The position numbers and the translations under genes were made by a program. Source: Podarcis filfolensis (Eukaryota). Taken from it: a stretch of DNA of 64,000 nt. The DNA lies in the NCBI GenBank assembly GCA_964270895.1, contig OZ185440.1; one strand, given 5' to 3'. The notes beneath the pieces were generated by a model. The model worked only from the letters and a program-made list of their open reading frames with translations. It was not told where the DNA came from and searched no databases. Of this stretch, positions 25,656 through 37,242 are shown in pieces. How positions within the stretch are numbered: position 1 is the first letter of the stretch; each line of letters starts with the position of its first letter.

Positions 25656-26487
25656 CCAATTGCTATACGGTAACACTCACCACCAGAATACTAACACATG
25701 GTGCATCTGTGCAATGTCTGATTGGGGATCAAACCGTAATTCAGGTTTGCCTTGGCACTGAGAAGCTGCTCTCGAAACACACTGTCTCACTAGGAAGCCT
25801 AACACAATAATTACCGTCCTTAAAATGCCTGTCATTATCCACTGCCCCTTTAAAACTGTAATTATAATTACACACCACTGCCATTCAGGATCCTCTTTTG
25901 AAAAGAAAATGGTTAACGTACCACGTGTACGCATGCACTCCAACTCATTCCTTTGTTTTTACTCTCACCTGCCAAGTTTATCCCTTTTTAAAAAATGCAA
26001 TCCAGATTCTAGAGGGTAGCTTTCTGTAGCAGCAGAAAGAGAAATTTGTGACACTGTAAAAACAGCCCTCCTATTGTATTTAATTTCTTTCTCTTTTGTC
26101 TGCAACAGTGTCACTTTTACAGTACAATTCCCTATGCCATTCCCATTCTCAAACTATTATTATTTATTAAATTTATATTCCGCCCCTCGCCCAAAGATCA
26201 CAGGGCAGTTTACAACCTTCAAAAGCCAAAACCAACACACAAAATGTATAACACGACAGCAAAAAAGTAACCCCCCCCATTTTAAAAGCCATCAATTTTG
26301 TAATCAGCCAAAGTCATAGTTGAAGAGAAACATTTTTACCAGGTGCCTAAAGATATGTGCCAGACGAGAGCAATCCCCACGGAGAGCGATCCACATACTT
26401 CCTCCTCACAATTTAAGGCTTGGGTATTTAATGCACACATTTCCCTCCCCCCCCAAAAAAACCCATGGGGTGCTATCCAAGGAAGTG

Positions 26488-26737
26488 CAGTTGTACCTTG
26501 GAAGTTGAATGGAATCCGTTCCAGAAGTCCGTTCAGCTTCCAAAATGTTCAGAAACCAAAGTGTGGCTTCTGATTGGCTGCAGGAAGCTCCTGTAGCCAA
26601 TCCGAAGCCATGGAAGCCCCATCGGACATTTGGCTTCCAAAAATAGTTCGCAAACCGGAACAGTCACTTCCGGGTTTGCAGTGTTTAGGAGCCAAAACGT
26701 TTGAGAACTAAGCTGTTTGAAAACCAAGGTACGACTG
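26488..26737. mobile_element. Tc1/mariner (Tigger-like) MITE
   Basis: TIR CAGTTGTACCTTGG / CCAAGGTACGACTG; right TA present, left TG. Confidence 0.8.
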
Positions 26738-28911
26738 TACCTAACTTAAGTGCAAGGACTTCCAGCTGTGCTGTCTAAATTCCTTTCCTTCTCATTTCCT
26801 TATGTATTACCACTTCGATCTGTTCTGGGGTTTCCTCCAGCCCTCCAGAAAAGAGAGGGGAAGTTCTGTTGTGCAAATAGTAACCCATGCACTAATGGAC
26901 AAACTACATTGGACACTGCCCGTACTGTTGAATTTGCACAGCTTGTACCTGGAAGGAACTTAGCTGGATGTACACAGAGAAGAAGTACAGTACTACTCAA
27001 GCTAGTGTAGAGGAGGAGTGGGGAACCTTTGGCCCTCCAGTTGTAGTTGCTCAACTTCAATCCCCATCAGTCCTAGGAAGAATGGCCAATGGCCAGGGAT
27101 GATGGGAGTTCAGCAACATCTGAAGGGCTACAGATCCCCCCTCCTCACACATCTGGTGTGTAGAGATTCAGCTGCAATTCTGACTGTAGGTTACAATGGG
27201 AAAGCAATAAATGGGTTTTGCCAGAAGCCACCCATCAGTAGGCATCCAAAGAGACTGGCTGTAAAAGTTCCCCTTAAAAATGAAAACACGTATTCTAAAA
27301 GCTTCATGGAGGGAGGAGATCACGAGGAGGAGCACAGGCTACAGCCAATAAAAGAGACAGCCTCTCACTTCTGTCCAGTTCAATCACATAGACTTTTTTT
27401 GGAATGATGTTACCTGCCACCCCAGTCTCTGAGCGGTGAGAGATTCCAGGGGCTCCAAATACCTACCCTGGCTTGGTCTTGTTTTTCCCATAACCACAGC
27501 AAACACAAATCAAACATTTCTCTGACACTCACTCCAGCTTGCTACCTTACTTCCAGGTCACATCACTGCATTTTCAACTCCAGACTTTGGCTTCGTCCTT
27601 CTAACTAGCCATGAGCTTGCTGGGGGTGGGGGCACCCATTTGCCATTTCACACAAGGACCCTTTTCTTTGTGTCTTTTAAAGGCCCATCACCCAAGCTAT
27701 CACCTCAACACAGGAAGCTAGTCTGGCTTATATTTTAAGGCTTGCTGGATCCAGAGGTTAGAAGGATCTCACGTACAATCTACGTCCTCCCCAAACTCAC
27801 AGCAATACTTCACCTAAGCAGGACTGCCTGAGCCCAGCTCTGATGAGGCAAGAGTGAATCTCTACTTGACATTAATGTATCTTTGCATTTAACATGCAGG
27901 AGTTTTAACAAGCAAATAGCATCAGCTGGGGAGTGGGTGGTAATTATCAGATTCACAGCAAGCGTAGAAGAGCAATTTCATTCGTTTTCCTCAGGAGTGC
28001 AGCAAAGTGGGAAATCTAATGATGGTTGCAATTTACAAGGAGAGGAAATCCCCCATTGGCACCAAATTGGGGATTCCCCCCTCCACAGGCAAATGCAAGC
28101 TTTGGAAGAGGGATTTTTCTCAGGACCCCAGTGTGGAAGGAAAGGGTTAATTCCCCCCTCCACAACTGCTATGATCCTGATTGTTATCATGCCCCACCCC
28201 CCTCACCCATGCTATTTGCATTTTTCCAGTGCCTGGACTCTTAACTATAAAGATGTAATATCTAGTTTTGTCCTTAGAATTCAATTGTTTCAGGGACCTC
28301 TTAGGAACCTTTCGTTTTGTTTGTATGTTTGCTTCATTGATTTCCGCAGAGCCCCTTCAAACAAAGATTACCCAGGCTAGTTTACAGTAAAAACATAAAG
28401 TAATAAAAGTGCAAGGAATAAACCCAACATAAAACTACAGACAAATCTGCAGGGTAAAAGCAGTGATTTGCACAGTGCATAATTAAACTATGGAATTCAG
28501 TTGCACAAGACATAGTGGTTGCCGCTAACTTAGATGGTTTTCCAATTAATTAGACAAATTAATGGGGGATAAGGCTATGTTACACCTGTGCTGTCAGAGA
28601 CAGTATACTTCTGATTATTTGTTGCTGGAATCACATGTGAGGATAGTGTTTTTACACAACATATACAGATTAAGCACTGGTGGAAACTCACAGTATAGCA
28701 CTCCAACAAGCACCCAAAAATCTGCTGTGCCCCCATCATATCTTCAGGGTTACAGCCAACATCTCAAGATGTTGTTAGTCTTTTCCCGAGTTCTAAAACT
28801 CAGCTCTCTGACTCTTAGTAGCCTTCCTTTCCAGCTGACCTTTCATACATAGACTCCTCGCTTACATCACCCCCGGCCGGGGGTTCAACCCACAATCTTA
28901 ATGCACTAACC

Positions 28912-29358
28912 CAGGGGTCTGCAACCTTTAAGACAAAAAGAGCCACTTGAACCCGTTTCCGAAGAAAAAACAACTGGGAGCCGCAAAACTCGTCATTATA
29001 AAAATAACTTTTTTGTCACTTTTTTTTTTATTTCTTTGTTTGACCCCTCAGAATTACTCCTCCTCATAGAAATAAACGTTAAATTAACAAGTTACCTTTT
29101 TGTGTGTGTGTGTGTTCTTCACTCCCCTTCAAAACAGTGACCAGCGTACATGCCCCTTACAATGTAGCAGGCGGGCGGGAAGGTGACTAACGCACGCACC
29201 GCCCCCATGCGACGTCACAGCCAGTACAGCGCCCGCCACAGTGGGGAGTGTCGGGGCACACAATGCATCTCCTCCCCTTGCTAGTATCCGCCCCGGAGCC
29301 GCAGCAAAGGTGTAAAAGAGCCACATGCGGCTCCGGAGCCGCGGGCTGCAGACCCCTG
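28912..29358. mobile_element. hAT-family MITE
   Basis: TIR CAGGGGTCTGCAACC / GGCTGCAGACCCCTG; perfect 8-bp TSD CACTAACC. Confidence 0.92.
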
Positions 29359-29898
29359 CACTAACCTAATACAGTACTGTAAACTATTGTTCATAAGTAG
29401 GTGTGTTTTGATTGGCTGTGTGCCAGAATACTGGCTTCCTATTATGAAGTGTGTACTTCAACTATTAGACCTAAAAATGTCCAATATTTCAGACTTTGCG
29501 AGTAGCGTATTTTAGACTATATGCCATGGAAACTTTTGGGTGTGTATCATCTCCATCCTCCTCCCAGCTGAGTTCTGCATGGGCAACCATTACAGAGGAG
29601 GAAGGTTCCATTTACTGGACTGGTTGCAAGTAGGAAGGGCAGCTGGAGGGCAGCTCACCCTCATGGACCAACCTCCGCAATCAAGATGTGAGCATCAAGC
29701 AGATGCTACAAGTGCAGCTAGGACATGATGGCTGGCCTCTAGCCATCAACCAGGTGATCAGAATAGTGATCCTCACCCAGTTGTTTTATTATCCATTGTA
29801 CCTGGAACATAGAAAAGTCTGCTAGATCAGGCTAATGGCACATCTAGTCTAACATCCTGTTCTCACAGTGGCCAACCAGATGCCTATGGGAAGTCTAC

Positions 29899-30352
29899 AA
29901 ATAATAATAATTTATTATTTATACCCCACCCATCTGGCTGGGCTTCCCCAGCCACTCTGGGCGGCTTCCAACAAAATATTAAAATACAATAGTCTGTTAA
30001 ACATTCAAAGCTTCCCTAAACAGGGCTGCCTTCAGATGTCTTCTAAAAGTCTGGTAGTTGTTTTTCTCTTTGACATCTGGTGGGAGGGCGTTCCACAGGG
30101 TGGGTGCCACTACTGAGAAGGCCCTCTGCCTGGTTCCCTGTAACTTGGCTTCTTGCACCGAGGGAACCACCAGAAGGACTTCAGTGTCCGGGCAGAACGA
30201 TGGGGGTGGAGACACTCCTTCAGGTATACTGGACCAAGGTCGTTTAGGGCTTCAAAGGTCAGCACCAACACTTTTAATTGTGCTCGGAAACGTACTGGGA
30301 GCCAGTGTAGGTCTTTCAAGACCGGTGTTATGTGGTCTCGGTGGCCGCTCCC
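29899..30352 (-). mobile_element. L2-type LINE 3' end with (ATT)n tail
   Basis: LHWLPVRFRAQLKVLVLTFEALN..GPVYLKE and QRAFSVVAPTLWNALP motifs; microsatellite tail at 29899-29915. Confidence 0.88.
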
Positions 30353-31197
30353 AGGATCACAATCACCACCTCCTTCTTAATTAGCTGTGGGCATGTGGAG
30401 TGTGGAGGGAGGCATAGATAACCTAACCAAGTGGAGAGGTTTCAAATGCATATCAATTAACCAAATAATAGGATCCAGAATCAATCTGGACTGAAAGTGG
30501 AATACTGAAGACAAACAGGTATTATTCCATATTGAGGAAAGCTATTATTTGCACTGCAAATGGGTAAGTGTGCAACACAGACTCAGAATGTCTTCAGAGG
30601 AGCATTGCCCTTTAATTCTAATTATGTAGCTTTTTGCACCTGGCTCTGGTTACTAGATCTTGAGGTTGCAGTAAAAAAACAAAGTCGATCTGAGGAGCCT
30701 GAAAAATATCACCCTGATATAAAGCCTTTCGCTCAGAAAGCTGAGTCTAAGAACGATCACAAATGATATTTTCCTGTTGTCTTCACTAATCAAGGCTGAA
30801 GTATTAGACATACTAAGCTGACAAAATTATATAATTACACTTACAAAATTAAATTGCTGCCGAAGTATAATTTTATATAATATTAACTTACTGCACTTGC
30901 TTCAACAGTTAGAACTTATCTCCATTCCTGATCTCCCAACAAACTGCTTATGCATCATTATGCAGAACCTCCTTATTTATTTTTTGGATACAGGTCTCTG
31001 ATTTTCCATAACTGCTTCCAGCTGCAGAGCATTACATGGCTGGGTGATATGTAAAAAATGCATTGTTTTTTGTTTATTTTTTTTTTTTTAAAAGAATAAA
31101 AGAGTGAACCATTGTTCCCTGTTGGTGTGCTTTGCTGTGTACAATATCTAGCATGATAAACCTTGGTCTGTTCTTCTGATTTCTTGGGGTTTACGGC

Positions 31198-31230
<33 letters not shown>

Positions 31231-31325
31231 TTATTATTTATACCCCGCCCATCTGGCTGAGTTTCCCCAGCCACTCTGGGCGGTTCCCAATCAAGTGTTA
31301 AAAACAGTACAGCATTACATAATAA
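31198..31325 (-). mobile_element. Short L2 3' tail with (AAT)n microsatellite
   Basis: (AAT)n array followed by ttatttataccccgcccatctggctg as in the other L2 tails. Confidence 0.75.
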
Positions 31326-34300
31326 ATATTATGAATAGTTTTTATAATAAAAATAACTTAGCTTAGAAGTCAAATCTGTAGGAATTTCATCTGTCACTTA
31401 ATACGGGAAATAATGTTTATGAAAGTAGTAAGATTGGAAATATAATTAAGAATGCTTTTAAAAAACACAATACAGATTATTATTTTTAATAATATCAAGC
31501 CAAATCTACTTTTAAAAAAATCTTATTATGGGGGGCATAATTAATAACTAATTATCTTACCTGTAGTGAAATTCAAACCACTGACATGCAACTTAAATGT
31601 CAGATAGAGAAGAGAAATACCCTGTATATCAGAGGCCACTAGAGCAATAGTTCCCGTTCATTTTCTGTTTTACATAATTTGTAGGGGAGTTGCAAAATCC
31701 CCAGACTGAATTAGATTAGGCCTCACCAGCGATACCACTAAAAGCACCCACAACAAAGCCATGCGAATACAGCACATACACAAGAGCATCCACTGGGACG
31801 TGGATGGAAAATACCCACAACGATGATGACACCTAGTGATACAGGCTTTGGTCCCCATGGCAACGCATACACCACCTGCATCACCTGGGGCAACCCAGGA
31901 TGCCGCATGAAGAAAAATTGCATGCATACTTTACGCAGAAGACGCCACACAAAAGAAAATGGGAGCATATACAAGCACGCATGCATATTCTCAATTATTA
32001 TGGCAATTGCGGGCAAGAGGGCAGGAACCTCGTTCAGGCCCTCTTTTCTCTAGATACCCTGGTAGTTTCTGATTATGCTTTCCTGGTGCATCGCTAACAC
32101 CTCTTGATCATTGGTATCAAAGATCCCTGCCTAGCATGATTGTAGAATTCCATCATTCGTTTCCAGATGTAGTTAATCAACACAGTCACAGGCAATATCT
32201 GCACCATGCCAGAGCTAATGCAATTCTGGAAAACTGAGCTAGCCTAGTCCTACCATTAGGTTGAGAGAGGTAGCCTGCTTCAGGTAGCATATTTGAGGCA
32301 TCCTTAAAAGACTAAAAAAATTAAATCATTTGTTTCACTCACCATATTATTTTTTAACCACAGTGATGCCACTGGGATGTTCTCAGGTACCAAAGTATAC
32401 CGGATCATCTCTTTCAGCATGGAAACCGATGTGGTCTAAGTGAGCTGTGAAATGAACAACATGGTCTACTACCCCTCTCCCCAAATGGATGATTGGTAGT
32501 TAAGATTCAGGACAGCCAAAAGAAAATACCTTTTCCACACACACACTTAGTTAAACTATGGAATTCTCTCCCACAAACGGGAGTGATGGCCTCCAACTTT
32601 AAAAGTGCATCAGACCCATTAACGGAGGATAAAGTTATCAGTTGCTTCTTCGTAGCGCAATGACTATGCTCGAATCCGTCTCCACGGTCAGAAGCGATAT
32701 GCCTTTGAATACCCATTACTGAGAATGGCAGGTGGGAAGAGTGCTGTGATGCTCAAGTACTGCTTGGAATTTGGTCAGCCACTGTGAGAACAGAGTGCTA
32801 GACTTGACTGACCTTTGGCCTGATCCTGCAGGCTCTTCTTATGTAGTTGCTAGCGTCAACAGGACCCAGGACCAGACAATACATATCAAGATCCTCAGGA
32901 TCCACAAGTAGTCCTATATTAACCTTACTGGTTTTTACCAGTTATTTTAAACACCGATCCAACTCTAAGCTGCCCCAGTTTTTCCAAATCAGTAAATATA
33001 TGGATCAGTAGGTAACTATTGATATAAACTGGACACGAGAGAGCTTTCCTTACCCTGGGTTCTTTAGCCAAAAGAAGACCTGCAAGTCATGCTTAACGTG
33101 AGATGTTAGTTGCCTGCAGCACGGTCTACGGAACTTATCAGGGAGAGACAATACTCTGAACAAGACCTTTTGCCCTCTGTCACTTAACATCTAGGGTGAT
33201 GGAAGAGAAAGCTTGATGTGCTGCCATTGCTAGCAGTAAATCAGGGGTTAGGAACCTGTGGCCCTCCAGTCCGTGTTAAGATTCGAACTCTGATCAACGT
33301 CAGTCAGCATGACCAATTGTTTGAGGATGTTTTGAATTACCATCTAGCAACATCTGCATAGCCACAAGTTCCCCACCCCTCCTTTAAATATTAATTTTAT
33401 AGTGGGCTATGCCACAGTATGCTATCTTTGGTGCAAATAATTTGCCAGGGTGTTGAGAGTTGTTTGGTAGGTCCCCTCACAGAACTACAATTCCCAGCAT
33501 CTTTTGAATGCTTTAAATGCGCAATGTGGATGTGACTTCTATCTCTTAGCATAAACCAAAATATCTTGCGGGGGGAAGGAAAAATGTCAGCGAGCAGAAT
33601 GCTCATGTTTCGATAACAATTCAAGAAAGAGCAATCGCAGAGGGAGAGAACCTGTGGATAATTCTTAAGCAGTGCATAACCATCTGACCAACCACAGAAA
33701 CGGACGTTGACTATGCCTCTACAAGCATTTCAGGGTTGGTCCTACCACTTGGCAGAGCGAGGCAGCCGTTTGGGGATGTCATTCAAGGTCTTCACAGAGC
33801 TCATGGTTCAAGCTATGGAACTCGCTACCACAAGATGTAGCAATTGCCACAATCGGGATGGCTTTGAATACACAAATCCGTAGTGGGTGAGAGTGAGACC
33901 ATCAATGGCTACCAGCCGTGATGGCTATTATACTGCAAACTGCATGCCCCTCTGAATGCCAGTTTGCTGGGAATTGCAGGTGTGGAGAGTGCCCTCGTGC
34001 TTGCAGGCCTTGCATTGGCATCAGGCTGCCTGCTGCAAGAATGTGGGTAAATCGGTTCCAGATGTGCTTGCAGCTGGGAGGAATCTGGCTTTCGAGCAAG
34101 AGCACAAATGCAGCTCGAGAACACATGTCCTGTTTGACTGCTGGACATATTGTCATTTTGCTATTTCATGTTGATTGATTGCATATATATATATATATAT
34201 ATTTGTATTACTGTGCTATTCACCACTTTGAGAGCCTTTGGATCAAAACAGGTTATGTAAACAACCCATCATATGACCAAACAGCCGGCAGATGCTGGCC

Positions 34301-34419
34301 TCATCCTGCAGAGCTCTTAACATTCCTGAGAAAGGCGATACATTCATCGTTTACTTCTTTATTATATATTTTTACAGTCAGGGACGCGGGGGGCGGGTTA
34401 ACCTAGTGCTCCTGGAGCT

Positions 34420-34852
34420 TTTTTGGCCTCGGTCACGGAGGGCACCATTTGCAAATACTGCTGCTCTTCAGTCAAGACAGCACAAATATTTTTGGGTCGG
34501 CCATACTGTAAAGCCCTTTATTCAAAAACAGGAGGAGAAGGACCAACAACAACAGCAGCGTCGAAGTTTTACTCCTCCGTCCAATAACTGACGGGCGCTC
34601 GTTTTATAACGCGCGCGTGAGGGAGGAACAGGCCGCCCGTCACGTGACGCCCGAGCCGCGCGACCCACCCACCCTGCGCCTTCCCCTCCAATTTCCCTCC
34701 CTCTGACCTTCTCCGCCCTCACCGCCTCCCCCCGCCCCGCCCCGTTTCCCTCGCAAGCCGTCCGGCGCGCGCGCATTGCCAAGTGCGCTTGCGCGGCTCC
34801 GCCCTTCACTCACTCCTCCCCACCTCCTCCGCACGCTCTCTTTCCCACCCCT

Positions 34853-34883
<31 letters not shown>

Positions 34884-35720
34884 CCCTCCCCTCACGCCGC
34901 CCGCCTGCCTCGCGCGCGCGCCCCTCTCCCCCAATCGCCGCCTTGCCTCCGGGGCTATAAAAGGAGCGGCCGGCCGGGGTTTCCTTCCTCAGTCCGCCGC
35001 AGCGGCGAGTGGCTCGGGCGTATTTGAGGAGAGGAATTGAGAAAGCGAGAGAGGGAAAAAAAAAGAGGTCGAGCTGCGGTAAACAATAAAGACGACGACG
35101 ACGACGCCGTGCTAACTCGAGCCTGGCTGCTGGGCCTTGGCTAAGCCAGCCGGTCTTGCGAGCGAGAGTGCTGGTCCCTGGCGGGGTGTCGGCCCGGCCG
35201 CCCTCAAGCCCAGACTTCTCCCGCGCCTGCCCTGCGGCGCTCCCCCCACCGAGGCCCGCGGCCGCCCAGCCCGGCGACGCCATGAGCTCGGGGACGCCGT
35301 ACATCGGGAGCAAAATCAGCCTCATCTCCAAGGCGCAGATCCGCTACGAGGGCATCCTCTACACCATCGACACCGACAACTCCACCGTCGCCTTGGCCAA
35401 GGGTGGGTAGGGGGCCGCCGAAGACCCCCCCCCCTCACAAGCGGGGGGGGCGAGCGCGCGTGCCCGTGTGCGCGGGTGGGCGTGAGGGAGAGAAGGAATA
35501 AAAGGGGGCTTGGGTTGGGGGGCGCCAGGCGAGGCGGTGGGTGGGGTCCCCATCCTCTTGCTCTTCTCCCCCCCCCTCAAGGAAAGAAGCGGGTCCGACG
35601 TCGGAAAAGTCGCGTTACCTCGAATTCCTTTCTTTTCCCTTTCCCCCCTCCCTCCCTTCCTCCTCCCTCCTCCAGCGTTTTCCTTTCTTCCATTTGCAGG
35701 GGGTGCGGTTTGATGTCTGC
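34420..35720 (+). promoter_or_regulatory. CpG island / LSM14B promoter
   Basis: GTCACGTGAC palindrome 34639-34648, (CT)n tract near 34860, CCAAT 34931-34935, TATAAAAG 34956-34963; no upstream ATG between TATA and start codon. Confidence 0.85.
35282..35402 (+). CDS. LSM14B: LSM14B coding exon 1 (Lsm domain start)
   Basis: gccATGAGC; [40 protein letters not shown]; donor G|gtgggt; 121 nt. Confidence 0.96.
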
Positions 35721-36272
35721 CTTCGGCGGGGGGAAGGAGGGAGGCAGCTGAGCTTTAAAGGGGGCGTGTGCCTCCCAAATAGTCCTAATTTGTTTGTTTG
35801 CTCGGCGGTGGGGTTTAAAAAAAAAGGGGAGAGGGGAAAGAAAAACAGCAACCCAGAAAAACATGGCTACTCATAGATGGAGGAGCTGCTGCTGCTGTTG
35901 CTGCTGCTGCTCTTGAAATTGAGGTTGAAGGGCCTGTTGGGAAGCTGGAAGGAGAGGTAGGCATTGGGGTGGAGAGCAACGCTTCAGCCTCCTTTGCAAA
36001 CAGTCTTTGCTTCTTTTCCTCCCCATTCGCGCCCCCCCCCTCTCCCCACGGAGAGGCTGTAAATAGCTTGCTTGCAGTACTGCCTTTTCTTTTCTTGCAA
36101 ACCCCGTGGTGCTAAAAGAGAAAAGAATGCAGAGTTGATATTTATACACTTTGCCATTAGTGGGGAAGATTGCAAATTGCAAGCCAGACAGCGCAGGGGG
36201 GTGGATGTCTGGACAAGGGAAGAGGGTGCCTTAATCATGAGGGCCTTGGGGGTTTTTCGTTTCTTTTTAAAC

Positions 36273-36276
<4 letters not shown>

Positions 36277-36304
<28 letters not shown>
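36277..36304. repeat. (GT)n microsatellite
   Basis: Uninterrupted GT dinucleotide run. Confidence 0.9.
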
Positions 36305-36305
<1 letters not shown>

Positions 36306-37141
36306 ATGTTTCCCAGGCTCTTGGCTAGACTTGTGCCTAGGTAGCAAAAGGGTCCCCTTGCATGCTGCATGCTTTGTTCTTTAATACAAGCAAGGAATAT
36401 AATCTTGGGCTACCTGCATCTTCTACCCCTATAGGACTGCCTTTCTCAACCTTGGGACTACACCTCCCATCATCCCTAGCTAGAAGGGACCAGTGACCAG
36501 GGATGATGGGGTTTGTAGTCCAACAATATCTGGAGACCGAAGGTTGAGAAAGTCTGTTCTATAAAAACAGCCTTTGTAGATGCTGCAACTCCTTACGACA
36601 CACTTCCTACCTCTTGCTGTTTCTCACAGAAGAGTAGGCGAGCTTCTTAATTCTACTTGCATAGGCGTCCTGCTGACTTTGAAGAGAAAGATGTACAAAC
36701 TGGAGGCCTTAAGTTGCATACTCTCTGAATAACTTTGGCTGCTGCCTTTTTCCGGTCTTGCAAGCTCACTTTATGGGAAGCAGCTGTGGTGTGGAAAATT
36801 TTCTGTTCCTATATTTTTCTATGGAAAAATTTCCCATATTTAAAAATGTGGTGCTTTGTGAGAATAGGAGAAATTTGATGCCAGCTATATTACACAGTTT
36901 CAGTGTTGTGAAACTTCATCAGGAAGCAGGGCTGGTTTGGGGAAAAAATCCATGTGCAATACCCATTCTCATGTTCTGGTCATCTGTAAATTGCTGGAAG
37001 GAAAGTACACATCATCTAAACATGTTTAATCTCATTCAAATTGGTTTAGGGCATAGGTAAATCAGGAGTGAACATTTTATGGAAAACCCACATTACCAGG
37101 AGGAGAATGTGTTCTGCAGCCTTTGTAGCTTCTATATGTAG

Positions 37142-37242
37142 GTTTTGTTATTGTTTAGTCATGTCCGACTCTTTGTGACCCCATGGACCAGAGCACGCCA
37201 GGCACTCCTGTCTTCTGCTGCCTCCTGCAGTTTGGTCAAACT
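37142..37242 (-). mobile_element. BovB (RTE) LINE 3' end fragment
   Basis: ttgtttagtcatgtccgactctttgtgaccccatggaccagagcacgccaggc resembles the squamate BovB 3' terminus (reverse strand), from recall. Confidence 0.7.

Noticed and set aside
34810-35751. 173-aa and 204-aa ORFs around the LSM14B start
   Set aside because: GC-rich alternative-frame or antisense artefacts
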